A stretch of DNA of 63,516 bases, counting the filler, from Hyphochytrium catenoides (Eukaryota > Protista > Hyphochytriomycota), in assembly GCA_900088475.1 (NCBI GenBank). It is 12 parts of 12 records of this genome, joined end to end, with 100 filler letters (N's around TTAATTAATTAA, not from the genome) between each part and the next. Parts side by side here need not be neighbours in the genome. Positions count along the whole stretch, not along the records: positions 1 to 10,745 come from FLMG01002328.1; positions 10,846 to 14,292 come from FLMG01000074.1; 10 more parts are not named here. One strand, written 5' to 3'. The position numbers were made by a program, and so were the translations under genes. Of the stretch, positions 1 through 12,919 are shown piece by piece. Within the stretch, counting starts at the first letter, position 1, and the number at the start of each line of letters is the position of its first letter. The notes under the pieces are model-generated. The model did not search any database. It saw only the letters and a list, made by a program, of their open reading frames with translations, and was not told where the DNA came from.

Positions 1-1257
1 GAGATCGCAGGCTGTACAAGGAGTGCTGCGAGTAAAGGTGACCAAACAATGTGGACTGTGATGCTATGAACTCCTAACTAACACGCTTGCCCTCCCTTTC
101 GTCCTCGCATTCGTCTCTCTCTCTCTCTCTCTCTCCCTCTCTCTCCCTCTCTTATCGTCAATCTCTCCATGGTCTCTTCTCGTTCAAATCGGCCCGGACT
201 ATTAGGCCTATGTATAACTCACGGTGGCGGGCGGCGATGTGAAGTTCCGGGATGTATGCGATCCGCTCAAAGTGCAGGAAAGTGCATCACCCATGGTGGT
301 GGCCGGCACTGCCTTGTAGAGAACTGTCAAAGTAAAGCCAGAAGTAGAGGTCTCTGTATTCTACACGGCGGAGGAAAGCGTTGTCAGGTGCCTAGCTGCC
401 CTAACAGCGCCCAATCCGGCCAATTCTGCATTGCACACGGCGGAGGGAGGAGGTGTCAGGTCCCCAACTGTCTCAATAGCGCCAAGTCTGGCGGCACTTG
501 CATAAGTCACGCCCGCCGTTGTCAGGTCCCTAACTGTGGAAGACCGGCTCAGACAGGACACTTATGCGCGGTGCATTTGGGCGATGGTAGAGACAGCGCG
601 GAAAGCTTGTCATCGGCATTAGCTCCTAGCGATTTTGGGATGGAACAAGGATTAATGCCCATGGACTGGGGCACGGCATCTCCACCTTTGGTGCCAGGAA
701 TGCATCCTATGATGACCATGGCGGCGGATCCGCGATTGAAGCTTGAAGTAACACACCCCGCAGGAACGATAGCGGGAGTTAGTGACGCACAGGGGATGCT
801 ACACAGACAGGCCATGGCGATGGCAAGTGCGGCAGGAGGGCTGTACTATCACCCCAACATTAGAGCTCTCTCTCCTACCGCGGCCCTGATAGGCAGCCCA
901 CAGGTACCTGGATTGGCCCCGCTTCCATTAGCTTATGGAAGGCCCAGCCTTCCTTATGCCAGTGTTATGCTTCCAAGCGAGGCTCCAGTGCTCCCGCCTT
1001 CTCCACTCACGCAAGGTGTGAAGTCCTTAACTGAGTTGCGAGGCAGCTCACCACCCTCCTCTTCAGCTCAGGATATTGGTAGTTGGCTGCGTGAAAGGGC
1101 TCAAGAGTCCATATCAGCGGAAATGAGAAGGCAGCAACAGCCTTTGGGTCCAAGCCTCTTGGCAGTTTTAGAAGGAGAAAAGAGCGACTCAGCAGACAAC
1201 TCGTCGGATGCCAGCAGTCCGAAGGCAATGTCAATACGAAACCTGCTGAATGGCTGA
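1..1257 (+). CDS. WRKY19-like (CxxxxC...CxxHGGG repeat) zinc-finger protein, 5' partial; exons <1-37 and 206-1257
   Basis: Six tandem repeats such as RRCEVPGCMRSAQSAGKCITHGGG. GT at 38 and AG at 204-205 splice EIAGCTRSAASKG|LCITHGGG in frame. P/S-rich tail ends MSIRNLLNG. Confidence 0.85.
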
Positions 1258-1777
1258 GACTTACACCTCATTTTCTGAACCTTGGTACGGCGACGTACCA
1301 CCGTGGGCATGGCGTGACCATTCCAAACTCTTATTTATGCACGGTGCTAGTGCCTCTCATTTGTACATCAGAGCCCAGCTCAAGTGCCTTCTCTGCCTAT
1401 TTACGTCCTTATATCTCTCATGCTGGATACGAAGTCGCTGGGCCAGTACGCCAGGGAATGGTTCTTACTGAAGTCGTTACGGACATTGTTGAGGTCTGAC
1501 GCAAAGCGTTGGCCTCATCACAATAGATGCCCTGGAAGGTCTGGCCAGCTGTATCAATAGCTACGGGGCTGCTGTTCAACCCCACAGACACAAACGTGCT
1601 GATAGAGGCTATAGTGGCGAAGGGTACGCAGTACGAGGTACCAGGACCCGACCAGACGCAGATTTTGCGACGTCGGCTCTACCTCTTACCAGCGGCTTGC
1701 CAGCAGTAGAACGCTTCATTTTATATAGATATACAAGAACTCTTATTTTAATGCTTAAGCCTATAAGTCGGACTCCC

Positions 1778-2493
1778 TCAATGCTCGTATATCTCACGCT
1801 TCAGAGAGCCGATGTAGGGAAGGTTGCGATAGTGCTCAGCATAGTCTAGTCCATAGCCAATCAGGAACTCGTCAGGACACTCGAAGCCTACATAAAGATA
1901 GCAATTTAGACACAGTTATACATGTACCCGAGAATCAGCCACCGCGCCACCCCGGCTCTCTTTTGCGTATTGTTCTGCTAACTCTTCTGTACTACAGAGG
2001 CACTGATAGACTGCAAGTGAAAGCCTCTTCTCTTCGCCACAACACCGTGACGTGCCTGTAAAGTGATCCCTATCAGCCCTTACGAGTCTGGACGTACCTA
2101 TGTACTTCAGGTCTGCTACAGGATGCTCTCTCCTGGCCTTCTTGTCTAATAAAGTGCAGATCTTCACGCTAACAGCGCCTCTAGACTTTAAGAGCTTCTC
2201 CATTGTAACAATTGTAAGCCCTGTGTCAACTAGAGGCATCCGGATGAGGGTCAACCGGGTAGCTGGAAGGACCAGAAATAGACTTCTTACCAATATCCTC
2301 TACCAAGATGATGTGGCGGCCCTCAGGATTGTTGCTAAGGTCCTTCAGTATCTTAACGGAACCCGAGCTGGTTGTGGCCTTGCCGTACTAGATAAAGGAG
2401 CGTGAGGTTGGACCATCTTAGTTTGGAGTCCTGATGGAGCTTACCGAAGAGGCTGACATAAAGTCCAACTCCATAGGAATGGTGATGTTCTTG
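1778..2493 (-). CDS. HPRT: Hypoxanthine-guanine phosphoribosyltransferase, 5' part lost at the N gap; exons 2445-2493, 2291-2387, 2098-2229, 1778-1887
   Basis: Spliced translation gives LDFMSASS|[17 protein letters not shown]...[14 protein letters not shown]...CTLLDK...[33 protein letters not shown]-binding loop and HPRT C-terminal motifs present; all introns GT-AG. Confidence 0.95.
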
Positions 2494-4059
2494 NNNNNNN
2501 NNNNNNNNNNNNNNNNNNNNNNNNNCCCTTGTCAGCTTCTATGTTGAACCTTCACTCTGCTATTCCAGATGAGACAATGAACAGTTCTATACCGACTGCA
2601 GAAGCTGCTTGATGGTACGCCCTGAGCTCCTTATCACACTGCCCCAACCATCTTGAGCTCCATCTGCAGCACATCCGATCTGGCCCGCCACAAGCATCGT
2701 TCGCGCCCTCCATTCTTAGATATCTTTGGACCCAACCTGGTCAAGGCAGCGGTTATCAAAGCCTATCATGAATGATTCTTTCACATTGATCTTCCCTTTT
2801 TCGGGCTTGTTTTCGTGAGTGAAGTTTTGCCGATAATTTGCTTTCAGTCTCTTTGATCTGGGAGCTGCGAAATTGATAAAGACAATTAATTGAGCAGCTT
2901 GCAGATTCCAAATTCCTAGAGAGAGATTAGCGTGCATGTTAGAGTTAGAATGAAGGGTAGGATGAGTTGAGGCATTCAAGTTTAAGACGGCATGAAGACG
3001 ATGCAGTTTAAGAAAGAAGGGCACGTGAGTGAAGACGATGAGAGTAAGAGGGCATGAGAGGACGAAGCTTTTAAAGGGTTGACAGTACCTGGAGGTCAAG
3101 TGCGACCGATACAAGGTAGAACAGAAAGTCCTCCGGAGGCTACGATGTACTAGCCTTGTCGTCTGTACATGGGAGTTTAGCATTACAGGCAACTTGCATA
3201 GCGCCAACGCTGCGGAGGCATGCAAAGAAAAAATATCTGGCCCCTCGACTCGCTCCTCCCAATATTTTCCGACGATGGGGGAACAAGAGATACCGACGTC
3301 GATGTCCAAGAAGAGAAGCCGATGTACGTCAGGCAGCGCAGGGCGCGAGTGCTTAGGTCTATTATGGCAAGGTAGACTACTACTCTTTCCTTTCGATTGC
3401 ATAGAAAAATATCTAAGCTGCCATGTACACTCAGAGCTCAAGAGGAGAATTTGCTCCCACATTTAGCGGCAGGAGCCTTAGCCACAGGCTTTATAGGCCT
3501 TTTTGAAGTCGTCATGCTTACATATCAACCTGTGCCTGTTCAACTAGCTTTTCGGTATGAACCTTGCCATCAGCTTACAACTAGACCATAGATGATAAAT
3601 TGAAGTCGGTATACCCAGGTATTCAGCGGTCAATATACTTCCAAGCTTCTGCTGGAGGACAATCGAAGCTGGGACTCTCTTTGGTCCCACAGGTACATGA
3701 TCCCTTCCGTTTGCCTCCTTCTCTTTCCACGCGAAGGGCTAAATCTAGGACTCTAAGGGGCTTCATACCTTCGTCCCCTGGATTCACAGAACTTCCGAGA
3801 CGTAAACAGAGTGCGATTGGCTAGATTTGCCCGTTACAGTCGATATATAATTGCCAGCTACACTGCGGTGACACAGCTCCTGAAGTTAGTATCTATCTGT
3901 GACATGCTTTCTTTTATTGGTCTCGGTTGAGTCCCGTCGCGTAGGTAAAATGTCACTGTCCCCACACTCTGTCTCTTTCTGCCTTTTACTCCTAAATTCC
4001 TGCACGCTCTTGCGCATCTTCTACTAATCATTGTCTCAACCTTCTTTCTCTCTGCTTAG

Positions 4060-5962
4060 GATCGGGTCACTAACTTACGAACAGAAACGAGAGTTTGAAG
4101 CCCGAGTTAGCCAAGGGTCAGAGCCTTTCTTCAGGACAGAGAGAAAGGACGGTTGCGTAGGCCTTCGCCTCGCGCATCCATCTTCCTTCGTGACCGATCT
4201 GTCACTCAAGAGCTGTCGAGGACAGATTGTCCCCGTCCTTGCTACAAACTATCGTGAAGAGGAAGGCGTTAAATGGAGATTCCGTGGATTCTCAACGGCA
4301 AGAAGACCTTATCATTGGTCATCAAATCTAGACGCGCTTGTGAACGTAGAGGAATGGTCCAGAATGGAGCTTAGTAATGTAAGAAGCTCTACTTCTCTTT
4401 TGTTACCGCGAACGCATTTAATAGAGAAGTGTGACGGACCTCCTCCGGCCTCCCTAGACTTTAGTCCTTCTCAACCAAGGACGCACCTCAAAACTGGTGG
4501 TGGTCGAAGCAGATGCCAGCGCAGGCCATCCCAAGCGCTGGTTCTCTGCCAACGACAGATCGCTATCATCCAGTCAACTATATCTTCTCCGTTGCTCGCG
4601 AGCTTTCCTCCCACTGTCAGATTACATTGCCTCACTGCCTCGCAATGACCTTCACAGGCATCAAGGTAAGCTGATTAGCCCCACCACGTACACAGCTACT
4701 AATTATTATGCTAAGAAGTTCTCCGCCATGCAGACGCAGTGTTTGTAGCCCTGGGAGAGTTTGACCTTGGCAGCCCCGAGTCCTTTAGCCTGAGGTCTAG
4801 CGTTAATGCTGATGTACTCCTTGACTGCGGAAGCCCTGTCCTTTACCACATAAAGCAGTGGGCCGCGTCACAGCTAGAAGGGGAGGTAAGAAGCTATTAC
4901 TTCTATTCTTATTACGCTTAATGTGTGACCTCTATAATACGGTGAAGCCAATAGTTGTAGCCCTGCATACCAGCAGTCAGCACTGCCTTGCAGTGATGGG
5001 AGAAGAACTGGCTCAACATGGGGTAGAAGTAGTTCCAGGTAATTTTGCGTGCCTTCGACGCGACCTTGTAATCCGCTATAGTCCGCTCCCGGAACTAGGT
5101 TGACAAGAAGGGTCTATTTGTAGAGGGAAAAGACAAGGACTAATGATTGAGCGTAACAGGCCGACTAGATCGGCTAGCCTAGGACTGAAAAGAGAGCGAC
5201 GAAAGGACTCTATCACTAGCATCACTATGGATTTGTGGGGCTGGCACAACCTAAGTTGGGGATTGAAGGTTGTCGTTTTTCAATAGTAACGCACTTACCA
5301 ATAGGGAGAAAGCAAGACCCAATGAAAGGCAACACACATCTTCACGTATTTATAGAGGAGAATGATCAGGACACGTTCCTTAGTGCTCTTGATTACCTCT
5401 CTACAGGTAGGATTGGAGTACTCATTTGCAGTATCATCCGACATTGCTTGTGATCATGGACTCCCTCTCACTTCCTTCAGCATCTCATATGCCCCTGGCT
5501 ACTCTGCTTTGTTTACTTCTTCTTTTTCACTCCAACTTGTCCGCCTGCACACGCTCTCCTGTCTTTTCTTTAGCTGATGCTGGTGCTGGGACGAAATGCT
5601 TGGTTCTGTTTGAATCTTATGAAGCAATGCGAAGCTTCCAACAGACCGCTGGTCAGAACAAACACGTTCAGGTATGTTATTTCTTGGTCCTATGTCAAGC
5701 AATCTTGTTGTTCCAGGCCACACACTTCTTGCGGTCCTCCTGTTGAGCTCTTGATCTGGGAACAATTCCTACTTCTGCTCAGTTTAGCTGACATCCACTT
5801 GTCTTCGAGGCTATCTCTAGTGCTCAAGTGTTGGATGCGTTGCTGTCGCGAGTGAGAAGTGCTCTGCAGGCTGGCGAACTAGCGCAAGCTATACAAGAGA
5901 AATGCGACAAGGAGCTTCGACAGACATCGTTGAACGTGGGCAGACGGAGAAAAGAACTAGGT
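4060..5962 (+). CDS. Hypothetical multi-exon gene, product unknown, boundaries approximate
   Basis: Short AG..GT-bounded open segments; one junction checked in frame (..LPRNDLHRHQ|DAVFVALGEFDLGSPESF..). Other likely exons include NTHLHVFIEENDQDTFLSALDYL and LDALLSRVRSALQAGELAQAIQEK. No recognisable motif. Confidence 0.45.
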
Positions 5963-6306
5963 ACGGCAGAATCTGTGGTGTGGACCGACCGCCACTCAAT
6001 CCTCCCTTTCTCCTGGATATTGGACTAGAGAGGCACGTCAGCCGGTAATAAAGACTGACTTTCACCACTTCCAACCTCTAGAGTTGTCCTAGCTCTTACA
6101 CTGCACCACCATTGTGGACTGTGGACGCCGTTGAAGGCATATATATCATTGGGGATTTTCTTGAGCAAAGGGCCCTTAGACGTACTGTCCTTTGCGACCC
6201 CATGCGTCGCCATGAGGACTTGAGATAACAGCAGTAGATGATTCGGAGGCGACCCGTGAGGGTAATTGGAGAGAATGGTACATGATATGGTGGAATTATG
6301 TTACTT

Positions 6307-8306
6307 TCAGTATTTTACATCCTTGATGTCATCATTCAAGGTAACAGCAGCCCACACACTTTCCTCATCCTGTCGATGCTTCACTGCATGCTGCTCGACC
6401 TCAGACCACAGCTCCTCATCGGTCGTTGGACCCTCGTCCGCAGAACTCGAGGAAGCGGTGTCTGACCCTTGTTCAGACAAACCTAGATGAAGTTCAGGTG
6501 TTGCACTCTCCATAAGCAAGATATCTTCCTTCAGTTCTCTGCGGAGCTCCGGTGGTAAGAGAAGATGATCTGGAAGAGTAGCCCAGAGCTTAAGCGCCGA
6601 GGCGCTCCGATCCGCCACCATTTTCTGAACGTCGATAAGAGATGGATGATCTCTGTGGTGGTTCCTAAGGTGGGTGAGTATACCTAGCTCATTCTTAAAC
6701 ATCTTCTCACAGAGCGGACATTGCTTGGTAGTTTCTGCCGCAACGACTGAGGTGGGGGACTCGATGAACAGAGAGAGATTAAAGGACCCGTGTTGCTCCA
6801 CAATCCTTGCCTTCTGTACGTCATAGAGCCGCAGCAAAGAGAGAACGTCACAAACTGCATAATCCACCTGTTCCTCCCTGAGTGGCCTTCTCTCCCAGTT
6901 GGACATCCTCTCTGATTTGTCCAGCTTCTTTCCTAGATACAGAGCTACCAAGCGCTGGAGAGAAAGATACCGTAGATCTCCAGAAAGCACCAATCCCATC
7001 GTATTGACTTCAATCAGGCTCTCAAAGGAGTCAAAAGTATTCCCTATTCCCGGCAGCGCACGAAGATCCTTCAGGTCGCCGCTAAAGGCATGTACGACCT
7101 TGATAACCTTAGCGTCGCGAAAGAGAGCACCCAAGTTTGTCTCAGGCAGAAAGGACGAGAGAGAGAGGGCATCAAGAAGAATGACATGCTCTTCCCCTGA
7201 CCCACAACGCACAGCAATCTGGATGAGTCCTATCCGCTGTATCTTTCTGTAGGGCCTTGATTCCTAGACAGACAAGGTTAGACCTACCGGACGCCAAACT
7301 GAGGGACAGCTGACATAGAGCCAGTAGGACCTAGGACCAACAAACGGAAGGACGCAAAGCAAAAGGAGGACTGTCGCCCACACTCTATTCCCTGATGTCA
7401 GAGATCCACCAGAGATGTTGTGCACGAGCTTTCTTCTTCGAGAACTGGGGACGTTCCCGGACACTGCACGGCGGCGCATAGATACAGCTGCAAACCACCG
7501 GCCTCCGGGAGCGGAATATATTGTCTCGTGGGATTGAACAGGCAGACGACATCTAAACGACAAGATAATCTAAGGAAAGAAGAGAGAGAGGGAGGCTTAT
7601 CACATACCGTGTCTATCGCTATGATGGCTGCTCTCTGGAGAATTGGAGCGATTGCTCTAAATTGCTGCCTGGAGCTAACGAAATGGATACGCTTTCTTGG
7701 GATATCAACGACAAACTTCTGAGAAGGAAGGGAAGCGTCCAACTTGGCCTCCCTCTCCCTTTTCTGCCTCAATCTGACCTGCGTTCTCGCCGCCCGAGCT
7801 TTTTCTATTGCTGGGATCTCGTTCTCCTCCAAGTACTCGAGCATTCTCTCAAGAGCTGCCTTTCTTGCCCGCACTTTCGATCTCCCTATGCCGTCTCCAG
7901 TCACCTTTAGACCGGGAAGCATAACCGTACAAGTGGCTTTGAACCGCTGCATGTTCCCCTCGTGTCCCACGACGATTTGGTGCCTGATGCCAGTACCTCG
8001 TAGAAGCGCCCCAAGGCGCGTCGAAGCATCAGCGTCAATTTGACTTTCATCTGTTGACGATCCAGAGGCTGAGCCACGGGGGCTACCGGCCCTTTCGTAA
8101 GTAACAGTTGTGTTTAAGTATCTGCTGCAATTGCTCTGGGCAAAGCGCACGGGACCATGCCCAGGAAAGGGACCAGAGCGAGGGCTCAAAAGTGAGAGAG
8201 AGGACAGCGGTCTTTTCCGCGTTGCGCCCTGTCTGGCCACGCTGGGACATGAAGCTGTCACCACCATTTTTAAAGCTTCTCTAACTCTAAGAACGGCCAC
8301 TTTCAT
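6307..8306 (-). CDS. dsRNA-binding motif + DEDDy (WRN/EXD-type) 3'-5' exonuclease + C2H2 zinc finger, 551 aa; exons 7608-8306 and 6307-7263
   Basis: Splicing intron 7264-7607 restores ExoI (AIDT|ESRP...LIQIA). ExoII is HAFSGDL; SLQRLVALYLGKKLDKSERMSNWERRPL leads to ExoIII YAVCD. dsRBM-like segment FKATCTV...GDGIGRSKVRARKAALERML. C2H2 finger CPLCEKMFKNELGILTHLRNHH. Confidence 0.85.
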
Positions 8307-9555
8307 TATCTCAATTCATGTTGGTCCTTCGTCTCTCCGAAAGGCAATGTCTAGCCAGTAGAGACCTTCCAAATGCGGGAGAAAGAGGAGTGCAAACTGG
8401 GCCAGGCGCGGATCCCACAGCACCAGTAAGAGAGACTCTACTGGGTGGCTCTCTAATCAATACGATCAGCTTGTCCCGTCTGCGAGCTGTGCAGCACATA
8501 GGAGTTGGATGAGTGAGGAGGAAGAATCATTGACCTGTCCCTCCTGCTGCTGCTGCTCGTGAGAATGGAATGAGGACCTGGCTCCTCTTTGGAGAAGATC
8601 TATGAGTCTCAAGGTGAACAGAAGGTCAATGGCCTCCAGCCTCCAACAGAGCCTCCAAAAGCTTCAAGACAAAAGCTTCAGATATCCAGTCATTTGCGAC
8701 CGTCGGATATTAGGAATCCGTCTACCTATGTGAGAAATATGTTTAGCTTCATCTCGAATTATCCCAGTAAATGGCTGTTAGCGGTAACCTTAGCTATCGG
8801 CTTCTGATCTGGCAACAGCCTTCCACTGCAGCGCCAACAAGGTGACAAGGCAAGGAAGCAACGACGGACTACGCTGAGAATCTGTTGAGCATCGTTGATC
8901 ATCGGTCTTGGGGCGCCTGGAACCTCTGGTTTGAGAGCGTCCCGGAGAGAACCCGTGAGTTCGGTCGAGAGGAGGAGTCTCACGAGAAGTCAAGGCAAGT
9001 TGATGACCACAGATTGAGGAGGATGGATACGAGAGAGGGCGGACGTGTCTGAAAGAGGAAACGCAGCAAGCATCTGGAGATCGAGGTCATTCGCCCTTAT
9101 GTTGAGCCGCCGACGGATGCAGCGCTCCGTGGCGCAGCCTTGCATGCGCTAACATCTAATCCTGACATCAAAGTAATACAGTGCATCTTGCTATGTCATT
9201 TAGGGCCGCGTGAAGCAAGCTCTTCCCAGACTTTCTAGCGCCTTAAGAAACAGGTAGTGACGTAGGCAGGGGGCACTTCTGCAGTCATCAGTCATTTGAT
9301 AGACTCCGCATATCAAAAGGGGCACATGTCTTACGATTGAAGAGTCTAACCAGGAATTCGTTACACAGACTGCCTCGCGGCCGGTTCTCGATGGCATTAG
9401 CAGTCAATGTTTGGGGTGATCAGCCTTCGATGCCTGTTAGGTTCCTTGGCCTTAGGTTTTTATCTTAACTGGGCTAGGTAACTTATATAAATATGTTGAT
9501 TTCTTGGACGCTGCTGGGCCGTAATGTCCTCGCCTACTGCAGCAGCGTTACATGG

Positions 9556-10745
9556 CTAATCATCCGCCTTTTGCATGAGGATCTCTCCTCCTGACTGTAA
9601 GGAGAAAGAAAGGAATGTGCATCAAGTTCAGTCATTCTCCAGATCATCTCCTTCTTAGCTCCAGATCTCTCATGAGCTCACCTGAACCCCAAAGGACCCC
9701 AAGTTGGCACTATCATCATCTAGTGGAAAGGGAAACCCCTGCAGATGCAGAAGTGCTGAGAGTGAGCGAAAGCGGGAAAGGGTAGAGGATAGCCAGAAAC
9801 ATTTACGTTGGAAGAGTAAGAAGCAAGATCTGGGGGCGTACTTGAGGAGCATGGAGCAGGGAGTGCTAAAGATAGAGAGAGCGAGAAGAAGCTCTTACCT
9901 TCTTGTCAGGTCGATAGTGCAACACTTGCTTGTCAGGAGTAACTTTGAACCGTCGTTGGAGCAACAACTTGACGTCCTTCACAGCCATACTAGAAAGCGA
10001 GAGGCAAGTGGAGAGAGAGAGATCTCAATGTTAGCAGCAGATCCGATCCTAACTATAGGGCAGACAACTAAAGGGTGAAGGAATCTGCAGCGTGGGCTTA
10101 GGAAGCTTATTAAGGAAGCCAAGGATATCGTGCTCTGGCGATGTGCAGGATCCTGACAGGATTCCTTACCTGAGGAGGAGTTTCTTCTTGAGCGGTTCCA
10201 CTGTCATGGAGTCTGAGGCCATGGAAGTCAGAGTCACTTCGACTAGCTCTGAGGACAAAGTGGAGCTCCCTGAGTCTACCCGGCCCACCTGTATAGGAAG
10301 AAGAACAGGGGCAAAAGTATAAGTTCTAGGCCTACTAAGGACCTAAAAGATTCTGAAGCACAGAGAGGCCAGGAGTTCTACCACGATGTCGAGAAGTGAA
10401 GAAGGCTATCCGAACTGCAATAAAGGACTCAGATAGTGAAGCGAGGAAGGGAGGCCAGGAATCGACAGAGTAACAGAATAAAAAAATGAGTAAGGTAACA
10501 CCCTAAAGAGAGGAAGACAGTATGAGACATGGTGAGAGTCGATTAGCAGAAAAAGAGTCACTGGAAGACGGAAAGCTCTATGCAAAATAGAGATATAGAG
10601 AACGGAAGAAGCAAGAGGACGACTAGAGAGAGACAGAGCAGGGAGAGGACAGGACTCTACCTCCGGTTCTCCGTACTTCTCCACCAGCATCGAATATCGG
10701 GGATGCATCTTCTTCACCCCTTCCGCTGCTTCTGGACCCTGAGAG
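9556..10745 (-). CDS. TBCE: Tubulin-specific chaperone E (TBCE/TBCEL family), C-terminal part with ubiquitin-like domain, 5' partial
   Basis: Exons join to HPRYSMLVEKYGEPE|...LVEVTLTSMASDSMTVEPLKKKLLLSMAVKDVKLLLQRRFKVTPDKQVLHY...|FPLDDDSANLGSFGVQ|SGGEILMQ. HPRY..L...YG motif followed by a Ubl fold. Confidence 0.75.
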
Positions 10746-10845
10746 NNNNNNNNNNNNNNNNNNNNNNNNNNNNNNNNNNNNNNNNNNNNTTAATTAATTA
10801 ANNNNNNNNNNNNNNNNNNNNNNNNNNNNNNNNNNNNNNNNNNNN
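10746..10845. other. Artificial contig-join spacer (44 N + TTAATTAATTAA + 44 N); same core at 14337, 21999, 24610, 27969, 34640, 55861, 57089, 59004, 60185 and 61695
   Basis: Identical 12-mer with stop codons in all six frames, embedded in N runs, 11 times in the window. Confidence 0.98.
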
Positions 10846-11219
10846 GGAGAGCCAATCACATCATCTCTGGAAATGCTAGAGTCTCCTGCCTCCTCCTGGA
10901 AGCGGCGGAGATTGTTCTTGTCAATCTCAGGGCCCACTTTGCCCACTTTCCAGATGCCCATCATCCAGATGTGGTCTGGCTTGTTCTTCTTGATGATCTC
11001 AGACAGAGACTTCTGGATAAATGCGTAGCCTGCTGGGTCATTAGCAGGATCAACGGTGACAGTCTTCTGTCCATTCTGCCAGAAAAGATCATAAAGCCAC
11101 ACGCGGGTGTTGATTTCATAGACAGAGGGGTTAGCGACTCCCTCTACAGCTGGAGATGCAACAGCCAGAAGAAGCGCTGTCACTCCGGCGGCGGCCTTTA
11201 GCACTGCTAACAGTCCCAT
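10846..11219 (-). CDS. Secreted GH13 alpha-amylase-family protein, N-terminal fragment cut by the contig end
   Basis: Hydrophobic signal peptide (MGLLAVLKAAAGVTALLLAVASPAVEG), then PSVYEINTRVWL, DHIWMMGIW and DDVIGS(P), matching the first strands of a bacterial-type GH13 barrel. Confidence 0.8.
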
Positions 11220-12859
11220 TGCGTCCTCAATGACGGTGACTTGGACGCTTTAATCTTGAGAATGGAATAAGAGAAATGGAAAGCTTGAGAAAGGTCGCCA
11301 ATGATATCTGCGAGCTGTCTGGTGAGATGTCTTGGGAAGTCTCAGCCACGGACGATTTACACGTCCTTCAAGGAGAGAAAGAGAGCAGGCGAAGGCCAAA
11401 ACTCTTCTTCTCTGCTTGTGCGCTGGTTGAAGAAAAGGTAAATTGTACCTAGAGATCCCTTCTCTCCTCAGGCTTCCCAAGGCCTGAAGTCTCTCTCTCT
11501 CTTCTTTGCCCTTCAGGCTTCGTCTAGAATGATCAGCGTCACAGCTGTAATCTGTGATGATACCTGCTTCTAAGAGGCGCGTGTGGAGGTGGGCAGAGGC
11601 CTGTAGGCTGCTTGCCATTCCTTCATTAGTTCAGTGCCTTTTATGTGGAGGCCTCCCGTTCCCATAAGGCAGGAAAGCAGGAGACACAAAGGGTTATATG
11701 AGGGAAAGGCCGTGAGGGCGGACAATGGGCCTGCAGAACATGGAGAGGAACAAAGAAGAAAAGGGAGACGGACTATCATCATTCTAAGAATCTACCGCGC
11801 AGCTCGACAGCGGTAGTAGAGTATGCAGGCTAAAGGAGGAGAGCGTAGTTCTATGTCAAAGATAGGAGGATGGCTACCGAACGATGATGGCTGCCGAGCG
11901 AGCGTGAGAGAGAGTGAGAGTGAGAGAGAGAGAGTTAGAGAGAGAAAGGAGAGAGAGAGAGATTGAGGAGAGAGAGAGAGAGAGAGAGAGAAAGAAGAGC
12001 AGAGAGTGAGGGCAAGAGGAACAGCGAAAGGGAGAGAGAGGACTAGCGAGATATGCGAGAGAGAGGAAGAACATAGCCTGAGATATATGTAAAAGAGAGA
12101 AAGAGCACAAGGAGACAGACCAACAGCGAGAAAGAGAGATCAGGAGGCAGCTAGACAGAAACCAGTCAAAGAGCGAGTGAGATAAAGTCTATCAGTAGAC
12201 TGATGCTTGAGGAGAGAGAGACAGAGAGACAGAGAGAGACAGACAGAGAGAGAAAGCTTGGTGCTGGTGGTGATGGCGGTCTGCTGCTGGTCGTAATGGT
12301 CAAGGGACGGCGCTGCCTAACTTGAAGGAGGGACAGGAGAGGGCAACATCCCCGCCTCCATTCTGACACGACTAAGACCCTTTTGAAGTATTACTACTGC
12401 CTCACCTAGCCATAATAGCCTTGGTTATCACCAATAGTTTATGTTCACGCCTTTGGGTGGTGTCTACGGCTCGGGCATTAGCTCCTAGTTAATCCTCCTG
12501 ACTGGGTACACTAACCAAGGTTATGTCATTCAAAAGTTTAGGTCAAAGCTGTGATTGGTCCGAATGGCGACTGTGGTCCAATCAGATACTGCAATGGTCA
12601 CAATGATCACCTGATCGTCAATCACTAATGGGCTAATGTTAACCATGAGGATTTAGGTTTCTGTCTAGATAAAATCCTAGACTGGGCTCCTTGTGTTGGA
12701 TGAAGTGCTGGCGGGCGGTGACGGGACCGGGACAGAGTGATGCTTGAAGTGCTCGAACTGCAACGACCAAAAAGATCTCTCTCTCTCTCTCTCTCTCTAT
12801 TGCGCTCTCTTTCTCCCTCTCTCTCTCTTTCTATGGCTCTCTCTTTCTCCCCCTCTCTC

Positions 12860-12919
<60 letters not shown>

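Noticed and set aside
2526-3462. 248-aa minus-strand ORF 2716-3462 as a gene or as the missing HPRT N-terminus
   Set aside because: No HPRT or other motif and non-coding-like composition over most of its length.
8500-9180. Coding-like stretch (..DYAENLLSIVDHRSWGAWNLWFESVPERTREFG..)
   Set aside because: Interrupted by stops; I could not build a consistent spliced model or recognise a family.
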